A stretch of DNA of 64,000 bases from assembly GCA_963769025.1 (NCBI GenBank), contig CAVYKI010000003.1, forward strand, positions 640,001 through 704,000. The letters run 5' to 3'. A model generated the notes under the pieces. The model made no database searches and was not told where the DNA came from. It was given only the letters and a program-made list of their open reading frames with translations. Positions 1 to 10,287 of the stretch are shown piece by piece. Within the stretch, counting starts at the first letter, position 1. Every line of letters starts with the position of its first letter. Position numbers and translations under genes: made by a program. Origin of the DNA: an uncultured Verrucomicrobiae bacterium (lineage in GTDB: Bacteria; Verrucomicrobiota; Verrucomicrobiia; Chthoniobacterales; Chthoniobacteraceae).

Positions 1-1
1 G

Positions 2-445
2 CACGCCGCGAAGGAGGTTGCAAATTACGCACGCTACGCCGGACCCACGGCCGGGTTTGTCGAGCAGGTTTATTGCATCCGCCCGCTGGCGGACAAAGAC
101 GGACGGACGCTCATCGCGCTGCAAAACAAGGCGGGCGACCGCGCGGTCTCGATGAGTTTTTCGGTGAAGGAATTGCCCTATGTATCGCTGTGGAAAAACA
201 CCAATGCCGTGGACGAGGGCTACGTGACCGGATTGGAGCCCGGCACGAATTTCCCGAACAACCGACGCATCGAACGCAAGCTCGGCCGCGTGCCGAAACT
301 CGCGCCCGGCGCGAGCCACATCGCCACGATCGACTTCGCGGTTCTCACCAGCGCGGAAGAGACGCGGCAGCTCGCCGAGCGCATTGCCGCGATTCAATCC
401 ACCGCGAAGCCGGTGCTCGAACAGCAACCTGAAAAGAAGGACTAA
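2..445 (+). CDS. DUF4432 / aldose-1-epimerase-like (DeoM-type) protein, 5'-truncated by the window edge
   Basis: Frame open from position 2: ...GFVEQVYCIRPLADKDGRTLIALQN...ELPYVSLWKN..GYVTGLEPGTNFPNNRRIERKLGRVPKLAPG, the typical C-terminal signature of DUF4432 proteins. Confidence 0.75.
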   Translation, partial: HAAKEVANYARYAGPTAGFVEQVYCIRPLADKDGRTLIALQNKAGDRAVSMSFSVKELPYVSLWKNTNAVDEGYVTGLEPGTNFPNNRRIERKLGRVPKLAPGASHIATIDFAVLTSAEETRQLAERIAAIQSTAKPVLEQQPEKKD

Positions 446-448
446 CGA

Positions 449-1334
449 GTGGCCGTGAACGCCCCCACCCCCAGGATTCTCTCCTGCGGCGAAGTGCTGT
501 GGGATCTGTTTCCCGAAGGCGCGCGCTTTGGCGGCGCACCGGCGAACTTCGCCTGCCATGCGGCGATCCTCGAGCGGCGCGGTATCGATGCTGAGCGCGG
601 TAGGCGAGGATGCTCGCGGCGACGAGGCGCTCGCGATTCTGAACGGCTTTGGCATCGACACGTCTCTCGTGCAGCGCATCGCCGATGCGCCCACGGGCAG
701 CGTCGGCGTCAGCGTGGATGCGGCGGGCAAGCCTACGTTTGAAATTCACGCCGGCTCGGCATGGGATCGCATCGCGTGGACGGACGTGCTCGATGCGCGC
801 GTCGCGGAAGTGGACGCGGTTTGCTTCGGCACGCTCGGGCAACGCGGCGCGACCTCGCGCGCGACGATCCGCCGTGCCCTCACGCTCGCGAAGGCGCGCG
901 GCATTCTCCGCGTGCTCGATGTGAATCTGCGGAGGCCGTTCCACGATGCCGCGCTCATCCGCGAATCCATCGCCCTGGCGGACGTGCTGAAACTGAGCGA
1001 CGACGAACTTCCCGAAGTCGCCCGGGCCAGTGACATCGCGCTGGATCCGGAACCCGCGACCACGCCGCGGGCCTTGCTCACGCGTTTCGGCCTCGACCTC
1101 GTCGTCATGACGCGCGGCGCGCACGGCGCCCTCCTCGTGTCCGCCGCGGACACGGTCGATCAGCCGGGCATCCCGACGAAGATCGTGGACACCGTCGGCG
1201 CCGGCGATGCGTTCACCGCCGCGCTTGTCCTCGGCCTGCTGCGCGGCGAGCCTTGGGGAGTCATGCTCCGCAAGGCCTGCGAAACCGCAGCCGCCGTCTG
1301 CGCACAATCCGGTGCGGTCCCGTTGATTCGCTGA
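449..1334 (+). CDS. PfkB-family carbohydrate kinase (fructokinase-like); one frameshift near 570
   Basis: GEVLWDLFP..GGAPANFACHA (ORF 449) continues into the 528 frame with DVNLR, KLSDDEL and the anion-hole motif DTVGAGDAF. Confidence 0.9.
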
Positions 1335-1485
1335 GTACGGGAGACCCGGTTTCCACTTCGCGTGGTTCGCGAATCGCGCCGGCAGGAGAGCCTTTCCGCT
1401 GAAATCCATCTGGCATTGGCGGGGCGGTTGACTCAATCCTGCGGGCCTTGCGGCGCTGTCGCCTTCAACCCCTACCCCCTCGACG

Positions 1486-2461
1486 ATGAAAACATTCCTC
1501 CTCGCAATCCTCGCATGCGCGCTCGGCTTTCTGACAGCTTGTGACAAACCGGCTGACATGGGCGCTCCAGGTGACTCGAAGTCCGCGACGAAAGGCACGA
1601 TCGGCGTTTCGCTGCTCACGCTGGACAATCCGTTTTTCAAGGTCATCGGCGACAACATCGACGGCCGAGGGAAAGAAGCGCGGCTACGACGTGATCGTGG
1701 TGAGCGGCGACAAGGACGTCGCGAAGCAGAGCAACCAGATCAAGGATTTCATCGTGAAGAAGGTGAGCGCGATCGTGCTCAGCCCGTGCGATTCGAAGTC
1801 CATCGTGCCGGTGATCCAGGAGGCGAACGCGGCGGGCATCCCGGTCTTCACCGTGGACATCCCGTGCAACGAACCGGGCGTGAAAATCGTGACGCAGGTC
1901 GCGACGGACAACTACGGCGGCGGCAAGGAAGCGGCCGCGGCGATGATCGAGGCGCTGGGCGAGGCGGGCGGAAAGGTTGCCGTGCTGCATTTCAAACAGG
2001 CCGAGTCGTGCCAGCTCCGCGTGAAGGGATTCCGCGAGGTCATCGACGCGCACAACGCCAGCGGGAAGGCGAAGATCGACATCGTGACCGAACTGGAGAG
2101 CGGCGGCGCGAAGGACGTAGGCTACAAGGCGGCTGAGGACGCGCTCCAGGCGCAGCCGGACTTGCGCGGCATCTTTGCCATCAACGATCCCGCGGCGCTC
2201 GGTGCGCGTGCGGCGCTGGAAAAGGCGGGCAAGGCGCAGCAGGTCGTGATCGTCGGGTTCGACGGCCAGCCCGAGGGCAAGCAGGCGATCAAGGACGGGA
2301 AGATCTACGCCGACCCGATTCAGTTTCCCGACAGGATGGGCGTGCAGATCGTGGATGCGATCATCCGCCACTCGAAGGGCGAGGAACTGCCGCCGCAGAT
2401 GCTCATTCCGACGAAGCTGTATCGCCAGGCGGACGCGAGGAAGGATCCGGAACTCAAGTAG
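1486..2461 (+). CDS. Ribose-type sugar ABC transporter substrate-binding lipoprotein; frameshift near 1660
   Basis: Lipobox LTAC and TLDNPFF in ORF 1486, then VATDNYGGG, IFAINDPAALGA and VGFDG in ORF 1541. Confidence 0.9.
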
Positions 2462-2468
2462 CACGGTC

Positions 2469-3324
2469 ATGGCGCAACCGGACAATTTCCTCCACGAACT
2501 CACCGGCTCGATGTCGCAGGGCGCGGCGGGCAATCCGACCGTGGCGATGATCGAGGCGGCGTTTGCGCACCACGGGCTGCACTGGCGTTACATTAACATG
2601 GAGGTGACGCCGGAAGACCTCGGCGCAGCTGTGCGTGGCGCGAAGGCGATGGGCTTTCGCGGGTTCAATTGCAGCCTGCCGCACAAGGTCACGGTGATCC
2701 CGCACCTCGACGGGCTCGGCGAATCCGCGGCGGTGATGGGCGCGGTGAATTGCGTGGTGCGCCGCGGCGAAAAATTCATCGGCGAGAATACCGACGGGAA
2801 GGGTTTCCTGAAATCGCTGGAGGCGGCGATCGATCCGAAAGGGAAGTCGGTCGTGCTCTTCGGCGCGGGCGGCGCGGCGCGCGCGATCGCGGTGGAACTC
2901 GGCCTCGCGGGCACCAAGACGGATCACCATCGTGAACCGCTCCGAGACGCGCGGCGCGGAACTGGTCACACTTTTGCGTGACCGGCTGAAGCTCGACACC
3001 GAACTGGTCGTGTGGACCGGGGACTATGCGGTGCCGGCGGGAACGGACATCGTCATCAACGGCACGGCGATCGGCCTTTACGCGCCCGAGGCGCGGCTCG
3101 CGCTGGACCTGAATTCGCTCAAGCCCGGCATGGTCGTGGCGGACGTGGTCTTCAGCCCGGTCCGCACACGATTCCTCGACGACGCCGCAGCGCGCGGCTG
3201 CCGTGCGATCGACGGGCTGGGCATGCTCGTGAACCAGGGCATCGTAGGCATGCAATACTGGACGGGCATCACTCCCGACGCGGACGTGATGCGCCGCGCG
3301 CTCGAATCCGCAATGGGTGTATGA
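2469..3324 (+). CDS. Shikimate dehydrogenase-family protein (AroE-like, divergent substrate site); frameshift near 2920
   Basis: GFNCSLPHK, GAVNC, GENTDGKGF, GAGGAARA, NR, DGLGMLVNQG. The N-terminal SxS motif is absent. Confidence 0.85.
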
Positions 3325-4811
3325 GCGCCGCGGTGCCGCTCATCGAGATGCGCGGGATCGTCAAGTCGTTCCCCGGCGTGAAGGCGCTGCGCGGGGTGCA
3401 GCTGAGCCTCGGCGCCGGCGAGGTGCTCGCCTTGCTCGGTGAAAATGGCGCAGGCAAGAGCACGCTGATGAAGGTGCTCGGCGGCGCGTATCGCGCGGAT
3501 GCCGGCACGATCCGCATCGGCGGGCAGGAGGTGAATTTTCACTCGCCGCAGGATTCGCGTGCCGCGGGCGTGGCGGTGATCTACCAGGAGTTCAACCTCA
3601 TCCCCGGCCTCACGGCGTGTGAGAACATTTTCCTCGGCCAGGAGCTGACGCGCGCGGGGTTCGTCCAGCGCGGGCTCGAGCGGCAGCGGGCGGCGGAACT
3701 GTTTGCGAGGCTCGGCGTGAAGATCGATCTCGATACGCCGTGCCGCCAGCTCACGACCGCGCAACAGCAGCTCGTGGAAATCGCGAAGGCGCTCGCGTTT
3801 GATGCGCGCATCATCGTGATGGACGAGCCGAGCGCGGCGCTGACCAGCAATGAAGTCGAGCGGCTCTTCGCCATCATCCGCGACCTCAAAAAGCACGGCA
3901 TCGGCGTCATCTACATCAGCCACCGGCTGGACGAGATTTTCGCCATCGCCGATCGCGTGACGTTCCTGCGCGACGGCGAAAATGTCGGCGAGCGCGCCAT
4001 CGGGCAGCTCACACGCGGGCAGATGATCGAGCTGATGGTCGGGCGCGAGCTGAAGGACGAGTTCCCGCGGCGCGAAGTCGCCATCGGCCCGCCACGGTTG
4101 GAGGTCCGCGGGCTGTGCCGCGGGCGCGCGGTCCGCGATGTGTCGTTTCACGTGCGCCGGGGCGAGATCCTCGCGCTCACGGGGCTCGTCGGGGCGGGGC
4201 GCACGGAAACGGTGCGGCTCATCTTCGGTGCCGACCGCCGCGATGCAGGGGAGATCCGGCTCGACGGCAATCCGCTCACGCTCCGCGATCCGCGCGAGGC
4301 CATCGCCGCGGGCATCGGCCTGCTCACGGAGGATCGCAAGCTGCAGGGTCTCGTCCTCGGACATTCCGTGCGCGAAAATTTCGGCCTGCCGAATCTCACG
4401 TGGCTTTCACGGAACGGGTTCGTCCAGCGTCGGCGCGAGCGGGAGGAATTCGGGCGCTACGTGGACCTCATCCGGATCAAGATCCCGAGCCAGGAGCAGC
4501 TCGTGCGTAACCTTTCCGGCGGCAACCAGCAGAAGGTCGTCCTGGCAAAGTGGCTCGCGCGCAATTGCTCCGTGCTCATCTTCGACGAGCCGACCCGCGG
4601 CATCGATGTCGGCGCGAAATACGAAATCTACCTGCTGATGAACGAGCTCGCCGCGCAAGGGAAGGCGATCGTGATGATCAGTTCCGAGATGCCGGAAGTC
4701 CTCGGCATGGCCGACCGCATCCTCGTGATGCACGACGGCCGCGTGACGGGCGAAATCTCCAGCGCACGGCAGGCGACGCAGGAGCAAATCATGCACCTCG
4801 CAGTCGCATAA
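3321..4811 (+). CDS. Sugar ABC transporter ATP-binding protein (RbsA-like, two NBDs)
   Basis: GENGAGKST, DEPS, GLVGAGRTE, LSGGNQQK, DEPTRGIDVGAK. ATGA overlap with the upstream stop. Confidence 0.95.
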   Translation: MSAAVPLIEMRGIVKSFPGVKALRGVQLSLGAGEVLALLGENGAGKSTLMKVLGGAYRADAGTIRIGGQEVNFHSPQDSRAAGVAVIYQEFNLIPGLTACENIFLGQELTRAGFVQRGLERQRAAELFARLGVKIDLDTPCRQLTTAQQQLVEIAKALAFDARIIVMDEPSAALTSNEVERLFAIIRDLKKHGIGVIYISHRLDEIFAIADRVTFLRDGENVGERAIGQLTRGQMIELMVGRELKDEFPRREVAIGPPRLEVRGLCRGRAVRDVSFHVRRGEILALTGLVGAGRTETVRLIFGADRRDAGEIRLDGNPLTLRDPREAIAAGIGLLTEDRKLQGLVLGHSVRENFGLPNLTWLSRNGFVQRRREREEFGRYVDLIRIKIPSQEQLVRNLSGGNQQKVVLAKWLARNCSVLIFDEPTRGIDVGAKYEIYLLMNELAAQGKAIVMISSEMPEVLGMADRILVMHDGRVTGEISSARQATQEQIMHLAVA

Positions 4812-4815
4812 TCCG

Positions 4816-6150
4816 ATGATGCGCAAACTCGCCCATTTCTTCTCGGAGTACGGAATGCTGTTCGTGCTCGTGCTGTTGTGCGCATTTTTCAGCGTTGCGA
4901 CCTACAGCGACCAGTCGCCGACCGGCGACGTCGCCGCCAAACAGCTCGCCGCGTCCATCCATCAGCGATTTGGAAACGCGTCGCGGGTCCTGATCGTCGC
5001 AGGCAGCCAGCCGGACGACGCTGCATTCGCGAAGAAGCTCCACGCTGAACTGCTCCCTACCGTTCACCTCGTCGTTTCCGTGCAGGGCGAACCGAAGGAC
5101 GCCCGCGACGCGCTGCAGAAGCTCGCCGCCGAGGGTGGGAAGCTCGACGTGATTGCCTGCACGCAGGCCGCGGCGGCATGGCTCGTCTTTGCGGATCTGA
5201 AAGGCGACTTCCCGACGCTCGGCGATCCGCAAGTCATCAGGCCGACGAGCTACAAGTGGCCCAATTTTCTGAAGTCCGAAAACCTGCTGAACATCGCGAA
5301 TCAGATCGCCGTGATCGCGATTGTCGCGATCGGCATGACGCTCGTGATCATCACCGCCGGGATCGATTTGTCCGTCGGCAGCCTCATCGCGCTCTCGGCC
5401 GTGCTTGGCGCGCTGTTCATCCGCGACTTCGCCGGCGCGGTGCATGCGTCCACGACGGGCATGGTGCTCGCGTGCGTGGCGGCGGTGATTTGCTGCGGGC
5501 TGGTCGGCGCGTTTTCCGGCGGAATGATCACGCTGTTCGGGATTCCGCCGTTCATCGTCACGCTCGCGATGATGCTCGTGGCCAGCGGCCTCGCCTATCT
5601 CCTCGCGCAGGGGCAATCCGTTTACCAGGTGCCCGAGTCATTCGTGTGGCTCGGGCGCGGCGCGGAGGTGTTCAGCATCCCGAACGCCGTGCTGCTCATG
5701 CTCGTCCTTTACGCCATCGCGCACGTGCTCATGTCGCGCATGAAGCTTGGGCGCTACATCTATGCCGTCGGCGGCAACCGCGAGGCCGCGCGCCTTTCCG
5801 GCGTGCCGGTGCGGCGCGTGCTCATGTTTGCATATGTCGCGAGCGGAGTGCTCGCCGGTCTCGGCGGCGTGATCATGGCTTCGCAGCTCAAGAGCGGCTC
5901 ACCGACGTACGGGAACATGTATGAGCTGTATGTGATCGCGGCGGTCGTGGTCGGCGGCACGAGCCTGAGCGGCGGCGAGGGCAGGATGCTCGGCACGCTC
6001 ATCGGCGCATTCACCATCGCCGTGATCCAGAACGGGATGAACCTTACCAACGTCGAGAGCTACACGCAGAAGGTCGTCCTCGGCCTCGTCATCCTCGCCG
6101 CCGTCCTGCTCGACACGCTGCGCCACCGCGGTTGGCGGCGGGCGGAATAG
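4816..6150 (+). CDS. Sugar ABC transporter permease (RbsC-like) with a ~120-aa extracytoplasmic insertion
   Basis: GIDLSVGS, GRYIYAVGGNREAARLSG and YELYVIAAVVVGGTSLSGG. Long hydrophilic insert after TM1. Confidence 0.92.
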   Translation: MMRKLAHFFSEYGMLFVLVLLCAFFSVATYSDQSPTGDVAAKQLAASIHQRFGNASRVLIVAGSQPDDAAFAKKLHAELLPTVHLVVSVQGEPKDARDALQKLAAEGGKLDVIACTQAAAAWLVFADLKGDFPTLGDPQVIRPTSYKWPNFLKSENLLNIANQIAVIAIVAIGMTLVIITAGIDLSVGSLIALSAVLGALFIRDFAGAVHASTTGMVLACVAAVICCGLVGAFSGGMITLFGIPPFIVTLAMMLVASGLAYLLAQGQSVYQVPESFVWLGRGAEVFSIPNAVLLMLVLYAIAHVLMSRMKLGRYIYAVGGNREAARLSGVPVRRVLMFAYVASGVLAGLGGVIMASQLKSGSPTYGNMYELYVIAAVVVGGTSLSGGEGRMLGTLIGAFTIAVIQNGMNLTNVESYTQKVVLGLVILAAVLLDTLRHRGWRRAE

Positions 6151-6194
6151 CGCCACGACGCTGCGCACCGTGGCGGGCGCGGGAAAAGCGCGTC

Positions 6195-7196
6195 TCAGGC
6201 CCGGCCCGGTTGCGTCACTCCGTTCACGACATTTTCCAGCGGCTCGCCGCGCACGGCCGCGAGTGCGATGCGGGCGGAGGTCGCGCGCATTTCGAGTTTC
6301 GATTCCACGCTGCAGAACGCGGCGTGGCAGGTGACGATGAGATTCGGCGCGGCGGCTTCCTCCGTGGTCTTCAGCGGCTCATCCTCGACCACGTCCAGGC
6401 CGGCTCCGGCGATCCGTCCCTCGCGCAGCGCGGCGAGGATGGCGGTCTTTTTGATCACCGCCCCGCGCGCCGTGTTCACCACGAATGCGCCCGGCTTCAT
6501 CAGCGCCAGTTCGCGCTCCGCGATCAGGTGGCGCGTCTCGTCCGTCAGCGGGCAATGGAGCGACAGCACGTCGGACGTCGCGAGCAGTGTGTCGAGCGTC
6601 CGCACGCGCGTGAGGCCCACGGCCTTGTCCGCGCCATTCGGGAGATACGGATCGTGGAAGACGACCTTGAATCCCAGCGCCTTTGCGCGCAGCGCCGCCG
6701 CGGTGCCGATGCGACCGAGCCCGACGACGCCGAACGTCAGCTCGCGCAGCCGCCGAAGCCTTGGCTCCACGCGGATGACCCAGCCGAGCTGCTTTGCCTC
6801 GCGGTCCAGCGGGAAAAGCTGGCGGCACAGCGCCATCGTCAGCGCGATGGCGTGGTCCGCGACCTCCTCGGTGCCGTAGTCCGGCACGTTGCACACCGCG
6901 ATGCCGCGCGCGCGCGCCGCGGCGATGTCCACGGAGTCAAAGCCCACGCCGTTCCGGATGAGCGCGCGGCAATTCCACAGCCGCGCGATGCCCGCCGAGG
7001 TGATAGGCGTGTTGTGCCACACGATCAGCGCATCCGCCCCGCAGATTTCGTCCGTGAAATCCGCATCGCTCCCGCACAGGTAGCGCCGGACTTCCGCGGC
7101 TTCGCCGATCACCGCCCGCTCCGCCGCGGATTCCGGATCGCCGAGCGGCGACTTGGCCCAGTCAATGATTCCGACGAGCGGCTTCTGCGAGGTCAT
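6195..7196 (-). CDS. D-isomer-specific 2-hydroxyacid dehydrogenase (CtBP-like)
   Basis: GVGFDSVD, NVPDYGTEEVADH, GLGRIG, LHCPL, NTARG, LDVVEDEP. Confidence 0.92.
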   Translation of the reverse strand: MTSQKPLVGIIDWAKSPLGDPESAAERAVIGEAAEVRRYLCGSDADFTDEICGADALIVWHNTPITSAGIARLWNCRALIRNGVGFDSVDIAAARARGIAVCNVPDYGTEEVADHAIALTMALCRQLFPLDREAKQLGWVIRVEPRLRRLRELTFGVVGLGRIGTAAALRAKALGFKVVFHDPYLPNGADKAVGLTRVRTLDTLLATSDVLSLHCPLTDETRHLIAERELALMKPGAFVVNTARGAVIKKTAILAALREGRIAGAGLDVVEDEPLKTTEEAAAPNLIVTCHAAFCSVESKLEMRATSARIALAAVRGEPLENVVNGVTQPGRA

Positions 7197-7470
7197 GGGT
7201 TTTGGGAATGGGGCTGCGAGGGCAGGCAGGGGCATCGGGCGACCCTCGTACCCGTCGTGAGACGATAGAAAAAGAATTCTTTCGCCCCGCTCGTGAAGTC
7301 GATGCCGTCCGCGCCGGGCTTGGGATTTTCCGGCATCGGGTCCTTGCAGGGGAATTCGTAGCGATAGCCGTCGAGCGCGGCGGCGACCTTTTTCAAATCC
7401 TCGGCCCACGCACCGGGGCGGCGAGCAAGGCGGCGGCGAAGGTGAGGCGAATGACGGGGAGGCGGAGTCG
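7193..7470 (-). pseudogene. Fragment of a secreted hypothetical protein
   Basis: Signal-like LPVIRLTFAAALLAAP (frameshift) AWA-EDLKKVAAALDGYRYEFPCKDPMPENPKPGAD, then rapid degeneration. Confidence 0.4.
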
Positions 7471-7489
7471 GCTCTCGGCAGGGGAAGGT

Positions 7490-7861
7490 TCAGTGCGGCG
7501 ATCCGAATTTCAACTTCCCGCTGGCTTCTCCGCGGCACCACTCAGCGGGCTTGCGGGGATCTCCACGTGTTCCGGTAACGTCGTAGTTGCCCTCCTCGAC
7601 ATCCGCCGCAAACACCGCCGGCTTGCGTCGCGTCGCGGCCGGGCTTTTCAGGAACCCAAAGCCGCGTCTCGCATCGTATGCCGTCTGCGGTGCGACGCGC
7701 GTGTAGCCCGGCTGCGCCTTGCCCGGGCTGAAATCAAGCTTCCATTCGGCGGCTTCCACCGCCGCGCAGGTGATGAGGAATGCACCGGTGATGACCAAGC
7801 CGCGTTGCAGCCGCCGTCCGGAGGTGAGGAAGGGTCGGGATGTCACTCGTGTTCGCAGCAA
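7490..7861 (-). pseudogene. Truncated N-terminal domain of a rhamnogalacturonan acetylesterase-like (RhgT/YxiM) secreted protein
   Basis: Signal peptide followed by WKLDFSPG..PGYTRV....YDARRGFGF...FAADVEEGNYDVT. Similarity stops at ~7576 and no GDSL domain follows. Confidence 0.6.
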
Positions 7862-7882
7862 TTGTTTTTTGCCTGCCGTCGC

Positions 7883-8504
7883 CTACAGCTCCGCGATCTT
7901 CACGTTCCGATACTCGCACTTCATCTCGACGCCGCCGTGGATCTGCAGTCCGAGCGGGGCCGCGCCGGAAAATTTCGCATCGGTGTACTCCGGATGCCTT
8001 CTTTCCATTGATCCAGCACGTGAAAGTGTCGCCCTTGGCCTGGATTCGGAAAGTGTTCCACTCGCCCTCGGGTTTCATGAGCGTCTTCGCTTCCTTGGCC
8101 TGGCCGGCCTCGGGATATCTGGCTTTGCCGCCCGTGTAGAAGGATCCCGACATGTCCACCCGCAGGCTGCCCGAAACGCCGAGCTGGAGCTGAATCTTCG
8201 GATTCCGCATCTCGAGGCCGGTATCCACCCCGCGGTCGGTCGTGGCCTTCCAGCGCACGTCGAACTCGATGACGAAGTCCTTGTACTCTTTCTCGGTCCA
8301 GAGGTAGTTGCCCTTCTTCGCCGCGTCGTTCTCGCCGATGAGGACGCCATCCTCGACGCGCCAGAATGCCTTCGAGTCCGCGGCCTTGAAGCCGGCGAGA
8401 TCCTTGCCATTGAAAAGCGGTGCGAGCTTCGGCTCGTCAGCAGGACTGGCGACTGTGGCTGCGAGGGAAACGATCAGGGCGAGAGAGAGGGGGCGAAGGT
8501 TCAT
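7883..8504 (-). CDS. DUF1080 (3-keto-disaccharide hydrolase family) secreted protein; frameshift near 7985
   Basis: LFNGKDLAGF, WRVEDGVLIG, EYKDFVIEFD, GEWNTFRI; after the shift, PLGLQIHGG...EYRNVKIAEL*. Confidence 0.88.
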
Positions 8505-8617
8505 GCGAAGTACACTTCCGCTTCCCACAGCTCGGGAGAAGCTCATTTTCACCCAATATCAAATCGCCGCGAAGAGCGGCGTTTCGCCGGCAGCGCACTG
8601 CGTCGGCTTCACGGATC

Positions 8618-10096
8618 TCAGGTGCCGCAAAAGGTGCGGCAGGCCGGAGTGCCTGGAGGCGGCGGGTTCAGCAGTTCGGCGGGCTGGCCGGTTTCGTCGT
8701 AGGGTTTGGACAGCGCGGCATGGAGGCGTTCCAGCGGTGCGAGGTCGTTCGTGTTGGCGGCGGCGAGGGCGGCTTCCACTTCGTGATTGCGGGGAATCAC
8801 CGCGGGGTTGTGCGCGTTCATGAGCGCGAGCACTTCGTTCCAAGGCTGTGGCTGACGGGCGAGGCGCGCGGCCCAGCTTTGCTGCCATGCGGCGAACGCG
8901 GCGTCCGCAGGAAGATCGGGCGCGGCGGTGGCGGGCGGGCGCAGATTGCGGAAGGTGTGGGTGTAGTCGGCGCGGGCTTCGTGCATCGCGCGCAGGAGTT
9001 CCTCGGCGAGGGCACCGTCGTCCGCTTCCTCGGTGAAAAGGCCGAGCTTTCCGCGCATCGCAGCGAGCCAGTGGCGGCGATAGCGGCCCTCGAAGGACTC
9101 GAGCGCCTCGTTCGCGCGGGCCACGGCGGTTTCCGGATCGGGATGCAGGATCGGCAGCAGCGCCTCGGCGAGGCGGGCGAGATTCCACGCGGCGATTTGC
9201 GGCTGCTGCGCGAAGGCGTACCGGCCGTAGCGATCGATGGAGCTGAACACGGTCGCCGGGTCGTAGGCATCGACGAACGCGCAGGGGCCGTAGTCGATCG
9301 TCTCGCCGGAGAGCGCCATGTTGTCGGTGTTCATCACGCCGTGCACGAAGCCGACGCGCATCCATTGCGCGATGAGCGAGGCCTGGCTTTCGAGCGCTGC
9401 GTCGAGGAGCGCGAGTGCCGGGTGTTCGGAATCCGCGCGGTCGGGAAAGTGGCGTCGGAGCGTGTGGTCGGCGAGCACGCGCAGGGACTCGATGTCGCCG
9501 AGCGCGGCGAAGAATTCGAACGTGCCGACGCGGATGTGGCTGGCGGCGACGCGGGTGAGGATCGCGCCGGGGAGCGTCTGCTCGCGGAAGACCGGTTCGC
9601 CGGTGGCGGCCACGGCGAGGCTGCGCGTGGTCGGGATGCCGAGCGCGTGCATGGCCTCGCTGATGAGATATTCGCGCAGCATCGGGCCGAGGGCCGCCCG
9701 GCCGTCGCCGCGGCGCGAATAGGGCGTCGGGCCCGCGCCTTTCAACTGGATGTCGAAGCGATCACCCGAGGGCGTCACGTGTTCACCGAGCAGGATGGCG
9801 CGGCCGTCGCCGAGGCGCGTGAGGTTCCCGTACTGGTGCCCGGCGTAGGCCTGCGCGATGGGTTCGGCTCCGGGGAAAATTTCATTCCCGGTGAAGGAGG
9901 CAGCCGCGTCCGGGCCGTCGAAGGCCGCGGGGTCGAGCCCGAGCGCTCGGGCGAGCGGACGGTTGAAAATGACGAGTCGCGGCGCGGCGACCGGCGTCGG
10001 GTTCACCCGCGTGTGGAATGCCTGCGGCAGGCGTGCGTAGGAATTGTCGAAGCGCCAGCCGGCGTCGGCGGAGACAGGTGCGGAGGTCGTGGACAT
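8618..10096 (-). CDS. selO: Protein adenylyltransferase SelO (YdiU)
   Basis: YAGHQYG, LGDGRA, QLKGAGPTPYSRRGDGRA, GFVHGVMNTDN, IDYGP and C-terminal TFCGT. Confidence 0.97.
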   Translation of the reverse strand: MSTTSAPVSADAGWRFDNSYARLPQAFHTRVNPTPVAAPRLVIFNRPLARALGLDPAAFDGPDAAASFTGNEIFPGAEPIAQAYAGHQYGNLTRLGDGRAILLGEHVTPSGDRFDIQLKGAGPTPYSRRGDGRAALGPMLREYLISEAMHALGIPTTRSLAVAATGEPVFREQTLPGAILTRVAASHIRVGTFEFFAALGDIESLRVLADHTLRRHFPDRADSEHPALALLDAALESQASLIAQWMRVGFVHGVMNTDNMALSGETIDYGPCAFVDAYDPATVFSSIDRYGRYAFAQQPQIAAWNLARLAEALLPILHPDPETAVARANEALESFEGRYRRHWLAAMRGKLGLFTEEADDGALAEELLRAMHEARADYTHTFRNLRPPATAAPDLPADAAFAAWQQSWAARLARQPQPWNEVLALMNAHNPAVIPRNHEVEAALAAANTNDLAPLERLHAALSKPYDETGQPAELLNPPPPGTPACRTFCGT

Positions 10097-10287
10097 GGAA
10101 GCGAGCGGGCCAACCAATCATGGATTCGGCGGAAAGACAGCCGCGGCGTTCGGGGAAGCCATTTTCTGGGGGGGCGGAGAGAACGGCACCTTCATGCCTC
10201 CGCTGAGTCTGTCCCCAGAAACAAGAGCGCGCTCCTCCCGTGTGCGGGCCTTGCCTTCCGTCGCCGGAGACGGTGACATCGCCCGCC

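Noticed and set aside
8618..8640. Selenocysteine in SelO
   Set aside because: The C-terminus is CRTFCGT followed by a normal stop, the ordinary Cys-type bacterial form.
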